Origin: Gemmatimonadaceae bacterium
GTDB lineage: Bacteria > Gemmatimonadota > Gemmatimonadetes > Gemmatimonadales > Gemmatimonadaceae
Length of the DNA stretch: 11,987 nt
Reading direction: 5' to 3'
Assembly: GCA_040902005.1 (NCBI GenBank)
Contig: JBBDYA010000119.1
Span: 621 to 12,607, forward strand
Shown here: positions 1 to 10,980 of the stretch, in pieces
Position numbering within the stretch: the stretch's first letter is position 1
How the letters are laid out: each line of letters begins with the position of its first letter
Notes under the pieces: model-generated
Told to the model about the DNA's origin: nothing
Databases searched by the model: none
The model's input: the letters and a program-made list of their open reading frames with translations, nothing else
Translations under genes and position numbers: made by a program

Positions 1-118
1 ACGTCCGAAGTCACGTCCGAAGTCACGTCCGAAGTCACGTCCGAAGTCACGTCCGAAGTCACGTCCGTCGTTACGTCCGTCGTTACGTCCGTCGTTACGT
101 CCGCCGTTACGTCCGCCG

Positions 119-132
<14 letters not shown>
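1..132. repeat. 12-bp tandem repeat array (minisatellite), truncated at the window start
   Basis: (ACGTCCGAAGTC)x5 at 1-60, (ACGTCCGTCGTT)x3 at 61-96, ACGTCCGCCGTT at 97-108, ACGTCCGCCGCT at 109-120, and degenerate ACGTCCCCGACG at 121-132 inside the kinase 3' end. There are no spacers. Confidence 0.97.
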
Positions 133-3313
<3,181 letters not shown>

Positions 3314-3315
3314 AT

Positions 3316-3343
3316 CGACTTGACCAACCAGGGGGTTAAGTCG
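3316..3343. promoter_or_regulatory. Imperfect inverted repeat (candidate operator or 5'-UTR hairpin) immediately upstream of the kinase start
   Basis: CGACTTGACC (3316-3325), 8-nt spacer, GGTTAAGTCG (3334-3343); 9 of 10 positions are complementary. Confidence 0.4.
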
Positions 3344-3346
3344 TCA

Positions 3347-3375
3347 ATTGTGGGTAAGGGGGTGAGAATCGGCGA
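3347..3375 (-). promoter_or_regulatory. Candidate sigma70-type promoter for the kinase
   Basis: Minus strand reads TCGCCG (3375-3370), 17 bp, CACAAT (3352-3347), within a relatively AT-rich intergenic stretch. Confidence 0.3.
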
Positions 3376-3406
3376 TGCGGATCGGCAACTCGGTCTGCCT
3401 CAACGG

Positions 3407-3434
3407 TTTACATCCCGCCCAATGGCGTTACCTT
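3407..3434 (+). promoter_or_regulatory. Candidate sigma70-type promoter for the L,D-transpeptidase gene
   Basis: TTTACA (3407-3412), 16 bp, TACCTT (3429-3434), about 100 bp upstream of the ATG at 3535. Confidence 0.35.
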
Positions 3435-3534
3435 GGGAAACACCCACCTTTGTGTTCTGGTGAGCGGTCTGGACCGTTCCCGGCTCATATCTCCAAACGC
3501 GGGCGCTGCGGCGTCCTCCAACCGAACAGAGCCG

Positions 3535-4341
3535 ATGCATCACAAACAGTTGCTGAACGGCCTGGTTGGGGCCACCGCCCTTCTGCTGGCGGGTGCTCAC
3601 GTCGTTCCGGGATCGGATGCTTCGGCGCGATTGATCGCCGCCGCGCCGGTCGTGGTCGAGCCCAGCCTGCTGAGCCCCGCGGGCTACGAGATCGCCGAGA
3701 ACGGAATCGCGGCGAAGACGAACGCGGCGCTCAGGACGCTGGGCAGCTCGGTGCAGTCGCTCAGTCATCCCGACGCGCTCGAGACCGCGTTCAGCAGCTA
3801 CTTCGCCTTTCTGAGCAAGCACCCCTCACGGGTGCGGAAGCCGTACCTGTACTTCGTGGACTACGGACTGCCGAGCACGCAGCCGCGCGGCTGGGTGTTC
3901 GACATGCAGACGCTGGAAGTGGTGGACGGGCCGTTCGCGGTGGCGCACGGGCGTGGATCGACGAACGCGCAGTATGGGGTGCCCACGCAGTTCTCCAACA
4001 AGCCCGGAAGCAACGCAACGTCGCTGGGCCTGTACCTCGCGCAGGAGACCTACGGGTTTCGCGGGAACGCCGGTGGACGCAAGTACACCTCGATCGGATT
4101 GCGCCTCGAGGGGTTGTCGGGGCGCTACAACAGCAATGCGCGGAGACGCGGTGTGGTGGCGCATGGCGCGCCGTACGTGTCGGCGACCACGGCCGGACGC
4201 AGCGAAGGGTGTCCGGCGATGGAGCAGAGCCGCGCCCAGCGACTGCTGCCCAAACTCTCGCGGGGCGGCATGGTGTTCTTGTTTGCGCCCAACGAGGACT
4301 GGCTGTCGGACGACCCGTGGATCGTGGCGGCTATCGAATAA
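3535..4341 (+). CDS. Murein L,D-transpeptidase catalytic-domain family protein (YkuD_2-like), exported
   Basis: Family-typical blocks: FVDYGLPS..PRGWVFD, VAHGRGS, FSNKPGSNATSLG, LRLEGL..YNSNA..R, and HGAPYV...GRSEGCPA with catalytic His and Cys. The ATG at 3535 gives a signal-peptide-like N-terminus (MHHKQLLNGLVGATALLLAGA) and is preferred over the TTG at 3433. Confidence 0.9.
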   Translation: MHHKQLLNGLVGATALLLAGAHVVPGSDASARLIAAAPVVVEPSLLSPAGYEIAENGIAAKTNAALRTLGSSVQSLSHPDALETAFSSYFAFLSKHPSRVRKPYLYFVDYGLPSTQPRGWVFDMQTLEVVDGPFAVAHGRGSTNAQYGVPTQFSNKPGSNATSLGLYLAQETYGFRGNAGGRKYTSIGLRLEGLSGRYNSNARRRGVVAHGAPYVSATTAGRSEGCPAMEQSRAQRLLPKLSRGGMVFLFAPNEDWLSDDPWIVAAIE

Positions 4342-4359
4342 CCGCGCGGCCCGAGGTAC

Positions 4360-4875
4360 TCACGGCCTCGAAATGAGGCCGTATGACGGAGCGACGCCGC
4401 CCACGGGCTGAGACACCCACACGCGCGCCCCGGCCAGCTCCCGCATGGACGGGGGCGCGTTGGGGATGGTGCGCTGCATGCCGGAGCGCGTGCGAATCGC
4501 CACGTCACTCGAGGTGACCACCACGACGCCGTCGTCCACCGGCTGACCGTTCACGCGACGCACCTCGAACGCGTCCACCCGGAACCCACTGGATTCGCGC
4601 GCGCCGGTGACCCACACGTGCGCGCCGGCCACCGCGCCGAGCGCCGCGGAGGCCGTGCCGCTCAGCCGAAGCTGCCCGCCGTCGGGCGGCGTGATCGCCA
4701 TCCACGAAACGGGATCGGACCCCACGCGCGCGACCACGCCCACGAGTGTGTCGGCCGACTGGCCGACGGGCGACTGCGTGGCGCCGCCAAGGGTATCGCC
4801 ATTCTGGCGCGCGGGGACACAGGCGGCCGCCGTCCCTGCCGCGGCGAGCGCGAGCACTGCTCCGATGCGGATCAT
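4360..4875 (-). CDS. Hypothetical lipoprotein (171 aa) with two internal beta-rich repeats
   Basis: The ATG at 4875 overlaps the upstream gene's TGA (ATGA) and has GAGGGT upstream. Signal peptide with lipobox MIRIGAVLALAAAGTAAA-C. Repeated motif LGAVAGAHVWVTG / MRELAGARVWVSQ. Confidence 0.8.
   Translation of the reverse strand: MIRIGAVLALAAAGTAAACVPARQNGDTLGGATQSPVGQSADTLVGVVARVGSDPVSWMAITPPDGGQLRLSGTASAALGAVAGAHVWVTGARESSGFRVDAFEVRRVNGQPVDDGVVVVTSSDVAIRTRSGMQRTIPNAPPSMRELAGARVWVSQPVGGVAPSYGLISRP
4362..4382 (+). terminator. Hairpin at the junction of convergent genes, possible terminator or pause site
   Basis: ACGGCCTC-GAAAT-GAGGCCGT, a perfect 8-bp stem 20 nt after the TAA at 4341. It has no U-tract and lies within the last codons of the opposite-strand gene. 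Confidence 0.3.
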
Positions 4876-7799
4876 TGAACCCTCACGATGGCCATGCGCA
4901 GTTCGGCGGGCGCGGCGGCGCTGCTGCCGCTGGCCTTGAGCTCGAGGAGCTGCTTCGCCGATTGAGTTCCCGACAGCTCGATCATGGCGGCGGTGCCCGC
5001 GCGCACCGACGCCGAGCGGGTGAACGCGCCGAACGTGTTGGCCAGCGGAATCAGCGGCCATTGCACCCAGGGAACAACAAAGTCCTGATCGTAGCCCGCA
5101 AAGACATCCCGGAAGTTCCAGCTCGGTTGCTTGAGTGTGGCGTCCGCCGGGACGAGCGCGGGGTAATCGTCGATCACCATGGCCAGCGTCCATTTGGGGA
5201 GCGCGGCCGCGTACGTCGTGCCGGTGTGCTGGTCGAAGTTCGCGATGCCGATCCTGGTGGGGTCCTGCGTCATCCCCTTGAGGATGTTGGCCTCGGACGT
5301 GGCGCTCGCGTCAATGGCCCATCGGATCAGCGACCAGCCGGTGGCGTAGAAGGAGAAATCGTTGCCGTCGATGCGGCCGATGGGGGAATAATTGTGCGGC
5401 GCGGAGTACCAATAGAAGTCCAGGTCCTCGAAGACGCGCACGATGCCGCGCGGCTGGCCGCAGTCGAGGCGCACGCCGCAGTACGGTCCCACCGGATTGC
5501 CGGCGCTGCCGTATCCGATGTTCGATCGCTGCGCGAAGCTGTACCGCGCGCGCTCGTAGAGTTCTTCGGACAGCCGCGCCGTGGTCTCCTCCAGCCAGCT
5601 CTCCTCGAACACGGTGCCGCCGTTGCGCGAATAGCGCTCTGCGCTGGAGACGATGTGTTTGACCTCGTGGATGATCGTGCCGCGCATGGTCCAGCGCCAC
5701 CGTGGCGGCGATCCGGGCGTGTCGATGTCGCCAGCCACGGTGGGTGAGATTGCGTAGAAGTACTCCCCCTGGTTGCTGGATGGGACCTGGGTTCGCTGGA
5801 AGAAGTCGCACGGTGAGACGAAGCCGGCGATGCCGCCACCCAAAAGGGAACCAACCTTGTTGGAGAACACCATGATGATCCGGCCGTTGTTGTCCAGCAC
5901 GGCATCGTTCGCGAGCGCGTTGCCGTAATTGGTCTCGAGTATCGGCCACATCACCGTGTCGAATTCGTTGCCGATCTGCTGGTACGTCGTGTCGATCGTT
6001 CCCGCCAACGAATCGGCGTTGTCCTCGACGATGATGGACTTCGTGCCGACGTACACCACGCGCCCATTGATCGTGAAATAGTTGTCGCAGCCGGCCACGT
6101 CGAGGTTCCGCAGACGCAATTCCATGGGATCACCAACCGCCGACGCGCGCGGGCCGACCCCCGTGACCGAGTTGGCCGTGGCGCCCTGACGCCAGCGTCG
6201 CCCGTTCTGCCGCAGGAACTCCAGGTCGCGCTCGAGCAGCGCGACGTGTGCGCGATCGGCCCTGTCCTGCGCCGTGGGCGCGCGGGAGAACGCGCGTGGT
6301 GGGGGGGGGGCGCGCAGCGGCGAGACCACGTTTGCGTTCGCGACCGCCGCGGCCGCCCCCGCAGCACCCTTCAGCTCGAACGCCGCGCCGATGACGTTGT
6401 ACGTCGGGCTCGTGTTGTACACGCTCACGTAGTACATGCCGCCGGTGTTGCTCAACTCGTTGCACCGTGCCTCGGCAGCAGTGGACATGACGACCGATCC
6501 ACCGACGGCGAGCGCGTGCTCTGTGGCCGCGCGCACGGGATGGTTCGTGGTGGTGCTGCCAAGACCGGTGACGTTCACCGAAACCACCCCGCTGTGCGCC
6601 GCGACGCAGGGGAGAGTTGGCACGGTGACGGTCAGGCTGGTCGTGTTGGCCGCGGTCACGGTAGCCGCGACGCCGTCGATGGTCACCGCGTTGTTCGCGG
6701 GTGTGGCGCTGAACCCGGTGCCGGTGATCGTGGCGCTCACGCCCGAGGTCAGCGTGGCCGGCGTGATCGTGCTGATGAGCGTGTTGGTGGCCGTTGCGGT
6801 AAAGGTGATGGGGCTGCCCGTGAGTCCGGTGGCCGTCGCCGTCAGCGTGTTGGCGCCCGTTGCGGCGCCAAGGGTCCAGCTTCCCACCGCGGCGATGCCG
6901 GCGGCATTGCTCGTGGGAGTCGTGCCGGTGGCGTTCCCGCCGCCGCTGGCGACGGCGAAGGTGACGATCGTGCCGGCCACCGGGTTGGCATCCGCGTCGG
7001 TCACCGTGACCGATGGCGCGACCGCCACCGCGCTCGACGGCGCGCTCCCCTGATTGTTGCCCGCGTTGATCGCGACGATCGCGGCGGCGCCGGCGCTCGT
7101 GGTCACCGGCGCAGTGGCGCTGGCGATTCCTGGCGACGAGAAGGTCAGCGTCTTCGCGCCCGCGGTCCCTTCGATGGAGAGATTCGTGAATGTCGCGACG
7201 CCGCCGATTGCGGCGATGGCCGCCGTGCCGACCGCGGCGCCGCCACCCGTGGTGACGGCTGCCGTGACCACCGCGGTGCTGGTGGTGACGATGTTCGAGT
7301 GCGCGTCCTGTACGTGCACCACGGGCTGCGTGGCGATTGCGACGCGGTTGGTCGCGGTCGCGCTGGGCGGCGTCACCACCGCGAGCTTCGCCGCCGCGCC
7401 GGCCACACCGGTTGCGGTGAACGTGATCTCGGGCAGGCTGGACGTGTTCGCGGTGAGCGTGTTGGCGCCAACCGTGGTCCCCAGTGTCCAACTGCCGACC
7501 GTAGCGATCCCCTCCGAGTTCGTGGTCTGCGCGGCACCGGTGACCGACCCGCCGCCGCCCTGGATGGCGAAGGTGACGGCGATGCCGGCGAGCGCCGTGC
7601 CGTTCGATGCGGTGACCTGAACCGCGGGGGGAGACGCGACGGCGGCGCCGGCCACACCGGTGACGCCATCTGCGGAGATACGCGTCGCAATGCCGGGAAC
7701 CAGCGGACCCTTCTCAGCGCACGCTGCGATGGTCAGGAGGGCGCCGAACACGGCGAATCGCGCTGGGCTGCAGCGGCGGGCAATACGGGAGGCCGGCAT
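4872..7799 (-). CDS. Large surface lipoprotein (975 aa): Big_1-like Ig repeats, IPT/TIG domain and a gluzincin metallopeptidase (M30/hyicolysin-like)
   Basis: The ATG at 7799 gives MPASRIARR...FAVFGALLTIAA-C (lipobox). Ala/Thr/Gly-rich Ig repeats (VTFA..GGG..TG....TN..GIA.VGSWTLG...GANTLTA). IPT-like ISTITP..ITGTGF..NAVTIDG..ATV....TSLTVTVP. Then DNNGRII, GIAGF, SNQGEYFY, HEVKH (5655-5669) and the downstream WLEE third-ligand motif (5586-5597). Subfamily assignment is inferred. Confidence 0.85.
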   Translation of the reverse strand: MPASRIARRCSPARFAVFGALLTIAACAEKGPLVPGIATRISADGVTGVAGAAVASPPAVQVTASNGTALAGIAVTFAIQGGGGSVTGAAQTTNSEGIATVGSWTLGTTVGANTLTANTSSLPEITFTATGVAGAAAKLAVVTPPSATATNRVAIATQPVVHVQDAHSNIVTTSTAVVTAAVTTGGGAAVGTAAIAAIGGVATFTNLSIEGTAGAKTLTFSSPGIASATAPVTTSAGAAAIVAINAGNNQGSAPSSAVAVAPSVTVTDADANPVAGTIVTFAVASGGGNATGTTPTSNAAGIAAVGSWTLGAATGANTLTATATGLTGSPITFTATATNTLISTITPATLTSGVSATITGTGFSATPANNAVTIDGVAATVTAANTTSLTVTVPTLPCVAAHSGVVSVNVTGLGSTTTNHPVRAATEHALAVGGSVVMSTAAEARCNELSNTGGMYYVSVYNTSPTYNVIGAAFELKGAAGAAAAVANANVVSPLRAPPPPRAFSRAPTAQDRADRAHVALLERDLEFLRQNGRRWRQGATANSVTGVGPRASAVGDPMELRLRNLDVAGCDNYFTINGRVVYVGTKSIIVEDNADSLAGTIDTTYQQIGNEFDTVMWPILETNYGNALANDAVLDNNGRIIMVFSNKVGSLLGGGIAGFVSPCDFFQRTQVPSSNQGEYFYAISPTVAGDIDTPGSPPRWRWTMRGTIIHEVKHIVSSAERYSRNGGTVFEESWLEETTARLSEELYERARYSFAQRSNIGYGSAGNPVGPYCGVRLDCGQPRGIVRVFEDLDFYWYSAPHNYSPIGRIDGNDFSFYATGWSLIRWAIDASATSEANILKGMTQDPTRIGIANFDQHTGTTYAAALPKWTLAMVIDDYPALVPADATLKQPSWNFRDVFAGYDQDFVVPWVQWPLIPLANTFGAFTRSASVRAGTAAMIELSGTQSAKQLLELKASGSSAAAPAELRMAIVRVQ
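6301..6310. repeat. G10 homopolymer (C10 on the coding strand) inside the peptidase lipoprotein gene
   Basis: Ten consecutive G at 6301-6310, encoding part of RAPPPPR. Confidence 0.9.
6790..7635 (-). repeat. Intragenic duplicated Ig-like (Big_1-like) domains
   Basis: Two clearly homologous units at about 7409-7635 and 6790-7023 (GIATVGSWTLGTTVGANTLTA vs GIAAVGSWTLGAATGANTLTA) flank a divergent Ig-like unit (QPVVHVQDAHSN...GVATFTNLSI). Boundaries are approximate. Confidence 0.8.
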
Positions 7800-7838
7800 C
7801 GGTCTTCGGGAGTTGGGGGGGGAGGGCACTGCAACGTG

Positions 7839-7860
7839 TGCCCGTGCGCAGCACGGGGCA
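7839..7860 (-). terminator. Intergenic hairpin between the ClC gene and the peptidase lipoprotein gene
   Basis: CCCGTGC-GCA-GCACGGG (7841-7857), extendable by TG/CA across a bulge, about 35 nt downstream of the ClC stop. It has no U-tract. Confidence 0.3.
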
Positions 7861-7893
7861 AGGTGCTGCCGGTGCGATCCGCCGCCAGGAACC

Positions 7894-9582
7894 CTACCAG
7901 GGATCGAAGTGGGTCCGCAGATTCGCGAGTCCGTCCCCGGCCGCCACGAGGATGATGCGATCGCCAGGCGTGAGCACCGTGTCCGCGCGCGGCGCAATCA
8001 TGTGCTCGCCGCGCAGCAGCGCGATGATGTTGGTGCCGTCGCCCGCCAGCGCGCGGCCGCTCGCGCCGATGGTGGTGCCCGCGTACGCGCTGTCGGCACG
8101 GAGCACCCCCACCATGAGACGCTGCCCCTGCGCGAGGTCCACCTCCACGCCGGAGCGCAGCAAGCCGACGAGGTCCAGCTCACCGAGATGGCGGAGGTTG
8201 GACACCTTGTGGTCGCGCAGGATCTGGAGCGCGATGCCGAGGTGCGCGGTATGGTGGGCCGGGCTGTCGCCCCGACTGGCCACCTGCGCTTCGTACAGAC
8301 TGCGGTACCGGAGCGCGGCGCTCAGCCGGTGCTGCACGAGATAGCTGAGCGAGACTGCCAGCGCCGCCGGCACCAGCAGAGCGTACCCGCCCGTCATTTC
8401 CACGACCATCATCATCGCGGCGAACGGCACGTGCGCGGATCCGGCGAAGACGGCGGCCATGCCGACCACCACGAAGGGCGCCGCCGGCAGGCCGGCCGCC
8501 GCCGCGCACGCGCCACCGAGCATCGCGCCCACATAGAGACTGGGCGCAAAGACGCCCCCCGACCCTCCGGACGCCACCGTGAAGCTCATCGCCACGATCT
8601 TGGCGATCGCGAGCACCAGCAGGATGCCCAGCGTGAGCTGCCCGTCGATCGCGCGCTGAATCCACCCGTAGCCACCCCCGATGAGTTGGGGGAGGAACAT
8701 CGCCATCACGCCGGTGAGGAATCCACCGATCGCCGGCTTCAGCGTCGCGTGCACCGGCAGCGCGCGAAAGCCATCGCGCACCCGATAGAACACCACGGGG
8801 AGCGCCGTCGCCAGGGCGCCCGAGGCCACGCCGAGCACGCCATACCACACATAGGAAAGCTTGTTGGTGAGTGGCGCGATGGGTAACGGGACGGCGAACA
8901 GCGGCCCGAATCCGTTCACCAGCCCAGCCAGCGCGTACGCGATGACCGCGGCCAGGGTGGCGTACAGCAGAGCGCTTGCCTCGAACTCCATGTCCGCGTA
9001 CAGCACTTCCACCACGAACAGCGCGGCGCCGATCGGCGAGCGGAAGATGGCCGAGATGCCCGCGGCGGCGCCGACCAGGAGCAGCATGCGCCGCTCCTGA
9101 TCGTCGCGCCCGGTACGCTCCGCGTACCATGAGCCGATCGCCGCGGCGATCATGGCGATCGGTCCCTCGCGTCCGGCGGACCCTCCCGAGCCGATCGTGA
9201 TGGCGGACGTGAGCAGCTTCACGGGGGCCACGCGGCCGCGCATGCGGCCGCCATCGCGATGAAAGGCGCGCACCACGGAGTCCGTGCCGTGGCCGGTTGT
9301 TTCAGGCGCGAAGCGCGTGGTGAGTACGCCCACGATCAGGCCGCCGAGGGTGGTCACGAGCGGCACGAGCCATAGGCCGTTCGGACCGATCGACTCGACG
9401 GGCACGCCGCCCTCGCTGGGGAGGCCCGGTGGGGAATAGCCGGCCAGGCCGCCGAGAAAAAGCTGCCCGCACCAGTGCAGCACGAAGTTGAACACGATCG
9501 CGGCGGCGGCGCCGGCGATTCCGAGTACGAGCGTATCCAGCGCGATCTGCCGCGCGCGACTCCGCGGCCGGGCGAGTGGCAT
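7894..9582 (-). CDS. ClC-family chloride channel/transporter with C-terminal TrkA-C (RCK_C) domain
   Basis: Many TM helices. ClC motifs GHGTD (GSGIP position), GSAGREGP (gating Glu), FRSPIGAALFVVEV, GSGGVFAP and SLY. The C-terminal DSAYAGTTI...IIALLRG...PRADTVLTPGDRIILV is RCK_C-like. Starts 2 bp after the amidohydrolase stop. Confidence 0.93.
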   Translation of the reverse strand: MPLARPRSRARQIALDTLVLGIAGAAAAIVFNFVLHWCGQLFLGGLAGYSPPGLPSEGGVPVESIGPNGLWLVPLVTTLGGLIVGVLTTRFAPETTGHGTDSVVRAFHRDGGRMRGRVAPVKLLTSAITIGSGGSAGREGPIAMIAAAIGSWYAERTGRDDQERRMLLLVGAAAGISAIFRSPIGAALFVVEVLYADMEFEASALLYATLAAVIAYALAGLVNGFGPLFAVPLPIAPLTNKLSYVWYGVLGVASGALATALPVVFYRVRDGFRALPVHATLKPAIGGFLTGVMAMFLPQLIGGGYGWIQRAIDGQLTLGILLVLAIAKIVAMSFTVASGGSGGVFAPSLYVGAMLGGACAAAAGLPAAPFVVVGMAAVFAGSAHVPFAAMMMVVEMTGGYALLVPAALAVSLSYLVQHRLSAALRYRSLYEAQVASRGDSPAHHTAHLGIALQILRDHKVSNLRHLGELDLVGLLRSGVEVDLAQGQRLMVGVLRADSAYAGTTIGASGRALAGDGTNIIALLRGEHMIAPRADTVLTPGDRIILVAAGDGLANLRTHFDPW

Positions 9583-9584
9583 GC

Positions 9585-10913
9585 CTATGGCGTCAGCCCC
9601 TTCGCGGTCATGTAGTCGAGCGTGAGTTGGGTGAGCGCGCGCACGCCCACCGGGAGCGCGGCTTCATCCGCGAAGAAGTACGGCGAGTGGTTGGTGGGCG
9701 CCGTCGCCGGATCCACACTTTCGGGTGTCACACCCAGGAAGAAATACAGTCCCGGGATCTTCTCCTGAAAGAAGGAGAAATCCTCCGCGCCGGTCACCGC
9801 GTGCATGACCGACGCGCGCCCCGGGCCGGCGACGCGGTGCAGCGTGGGCGCCATGCGTGCAGTGAGCGCCGGATCGTTGTGCGTGACCGGAACGCCGAGC
9901 GTGATCGTCGCGACCGCGGTGGCGCCACCGGACTCGGCCACCTTCTCCACCGCGCGCGTGACGCGCGCATGAATGTCGGTGCGATGCGCCGCATCCAGCG
10001 TGCGGATCGTCCCCTGCATCACGACCGAGTCCGGGATGATGTTGTTGCGCACACCGCCGTGGATCATGCCGATCGTCACGATGGAGGGCGCGGTGGTGAT
10101 GTTCATCTGCCGGCTCGGGATGGTCTGGAGCGCGTTGATGATCTGCGCCGAGACGACGATCGGGTCCACGCCGCCCCAAGGCGCCGCGCCGTGCGTCTGC
10201 TTGCCGCGCACCACGATGCGCAGGCCGTCGGCCGCGGCCATGATGCCGCCTTCGCGATATGTCAGGTGACCGACCGCGGTGGGCCACACGTGCAGTCCGA
10301 AGATCACCTCCGGCGCGGGGCTCGCCAGCACGCCCTGCGCAATCATGAGGTCCGCGCCTCCGGTCTCGCCAGCGGGCGCGCCTTCTTCCGCGGGCTGGAA
10401 GATGAACTTCACCGAGCCGGCCAGCTGCGCGCGCATGCCCGAGAGCACCTCGGCGACGCCCATCAGGATCGCGACGTGGTTGTCGTGGCCGCACGCGTGC
10501 ATGACGCCGACTTCCTGGCCGGCGTACGTCGTGCGCGCTTTGGACGCGAACGGCAGGTCCACCATTTCCGTCACGGGGAGCGCATCCATGTCCGCGCGCA
10601 GCGCGACCACTGGTCCGGGGCGGCCGCCCGTGAGCACGCCAACGACACCCGTATGCGCCACCCCGGTGCGCACCTCCATGCCGAGCGCGCGCAGGTGATC
10701 GGCGACCAGCTTGGCCGTGCGGAACTCCCGGTTGCCGAGCTCCGGGTGCTGGTGCACGTCGCGTCGCCACGCAACAACCTTCGGCATGACCCGCTCGATC
10801 CGTTGCTGGGCGTCGCGCGTTTGCGCGGCGGGCGCGCCCGCGGGCGCCTGGGCCAGCGCGACCGATGCGGTCGCGACAAGCATCAAAGCCGAGTGGCGGA
10901 TCGGAAGCAGCAT
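9585..10913 (-). CDS. M20 (M20D / Acy1-like) amidohydrolase with signal peptide
   Basis: Motifs RRDVHQHPELGNRE, RADMDALP, MHACGHD, FQPAEEG, GLH, AEDF and NHSPYF. The ATG at 10913 has AGGTGA upstream and gives MLLPIRHSALMLVATASVALA-Q. Confidence 0.93.
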   Translation of the reverse strand: MLLPIRHSALMLVATASVALAQAPAGAPAAQTRDAQQRIERVMPKVVAWRRDVHQHPELGNREFRTAKLVADHLRALGMEVRTGVAHTGVVGVLTGGRPGPVVALRADMDALPVTEMVDLPFASKARTTYAGQEVGVMHACGHDNHVAILMGVAEVLSGMRAQLAGSVKFIFQPAEEGAPAGETGGADLMIAQGVLASPAPEVIFGLHVWPTAVGHLTYREGGIMAAADGLRIVVRGKQTHGAAPWGGVDPIVVSAQIINALQTIPSRQMNITTAPSIVTIGMIHGGVRNNIIPDSVVMQGTIRTLDAAHRTDIHARVTRAVEKVAESGGATAVATITLGVPVTHNDPALTARMAPTLHRVAGPGRASVMHAVTGAEDFSFFQEKIPGLYFFLGVTPESVDPATAPTNHSPYFFADEAALPVGVRALTQLTLDYMTAKGLTP

Positions 10914-10980
10914 GGGTGCGTCACCTGTGTTGCCGTGAGAATGTCGGTCGGGAACAGCCAAGCTACGAGCCAGCGCCGGG

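Noticed and set aside
3433..3534. N-terminal extension of the L,D-transpeptidase from TTG 3433, and a riboswitch in this leader
   Set aside because: The ATG at 3535 gives a proper signal peptide and the TTG overlaps the candidate -10 box. Small hairpins exist (GAGCGGTC/GACCGTTC) but I see no c-di-AMP, c-di-GMP or other known riboswitch consensus.
4876..5193. Longer 277-aa version of the small lipoprotein
   Set aside because: It overlaps the peptidase C-terminus. The ATG at 4875 has an ATGA coupling, an SD-like sequence and a lipoprotein signal.
7800..7997. 66-aa N-terminal extension of the large lipoprotein
   Set aside because: It overlaps the ClC 3' end and would bury the lipoprotein signal peptide that begins at 7799.
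10914..10961. Amidohydrolase start at 10961
   Set aside because: The ATG at 10913 has an SD-like AGGTGA and yields a signal peptide; the extension is hydrophilic and unsupported.
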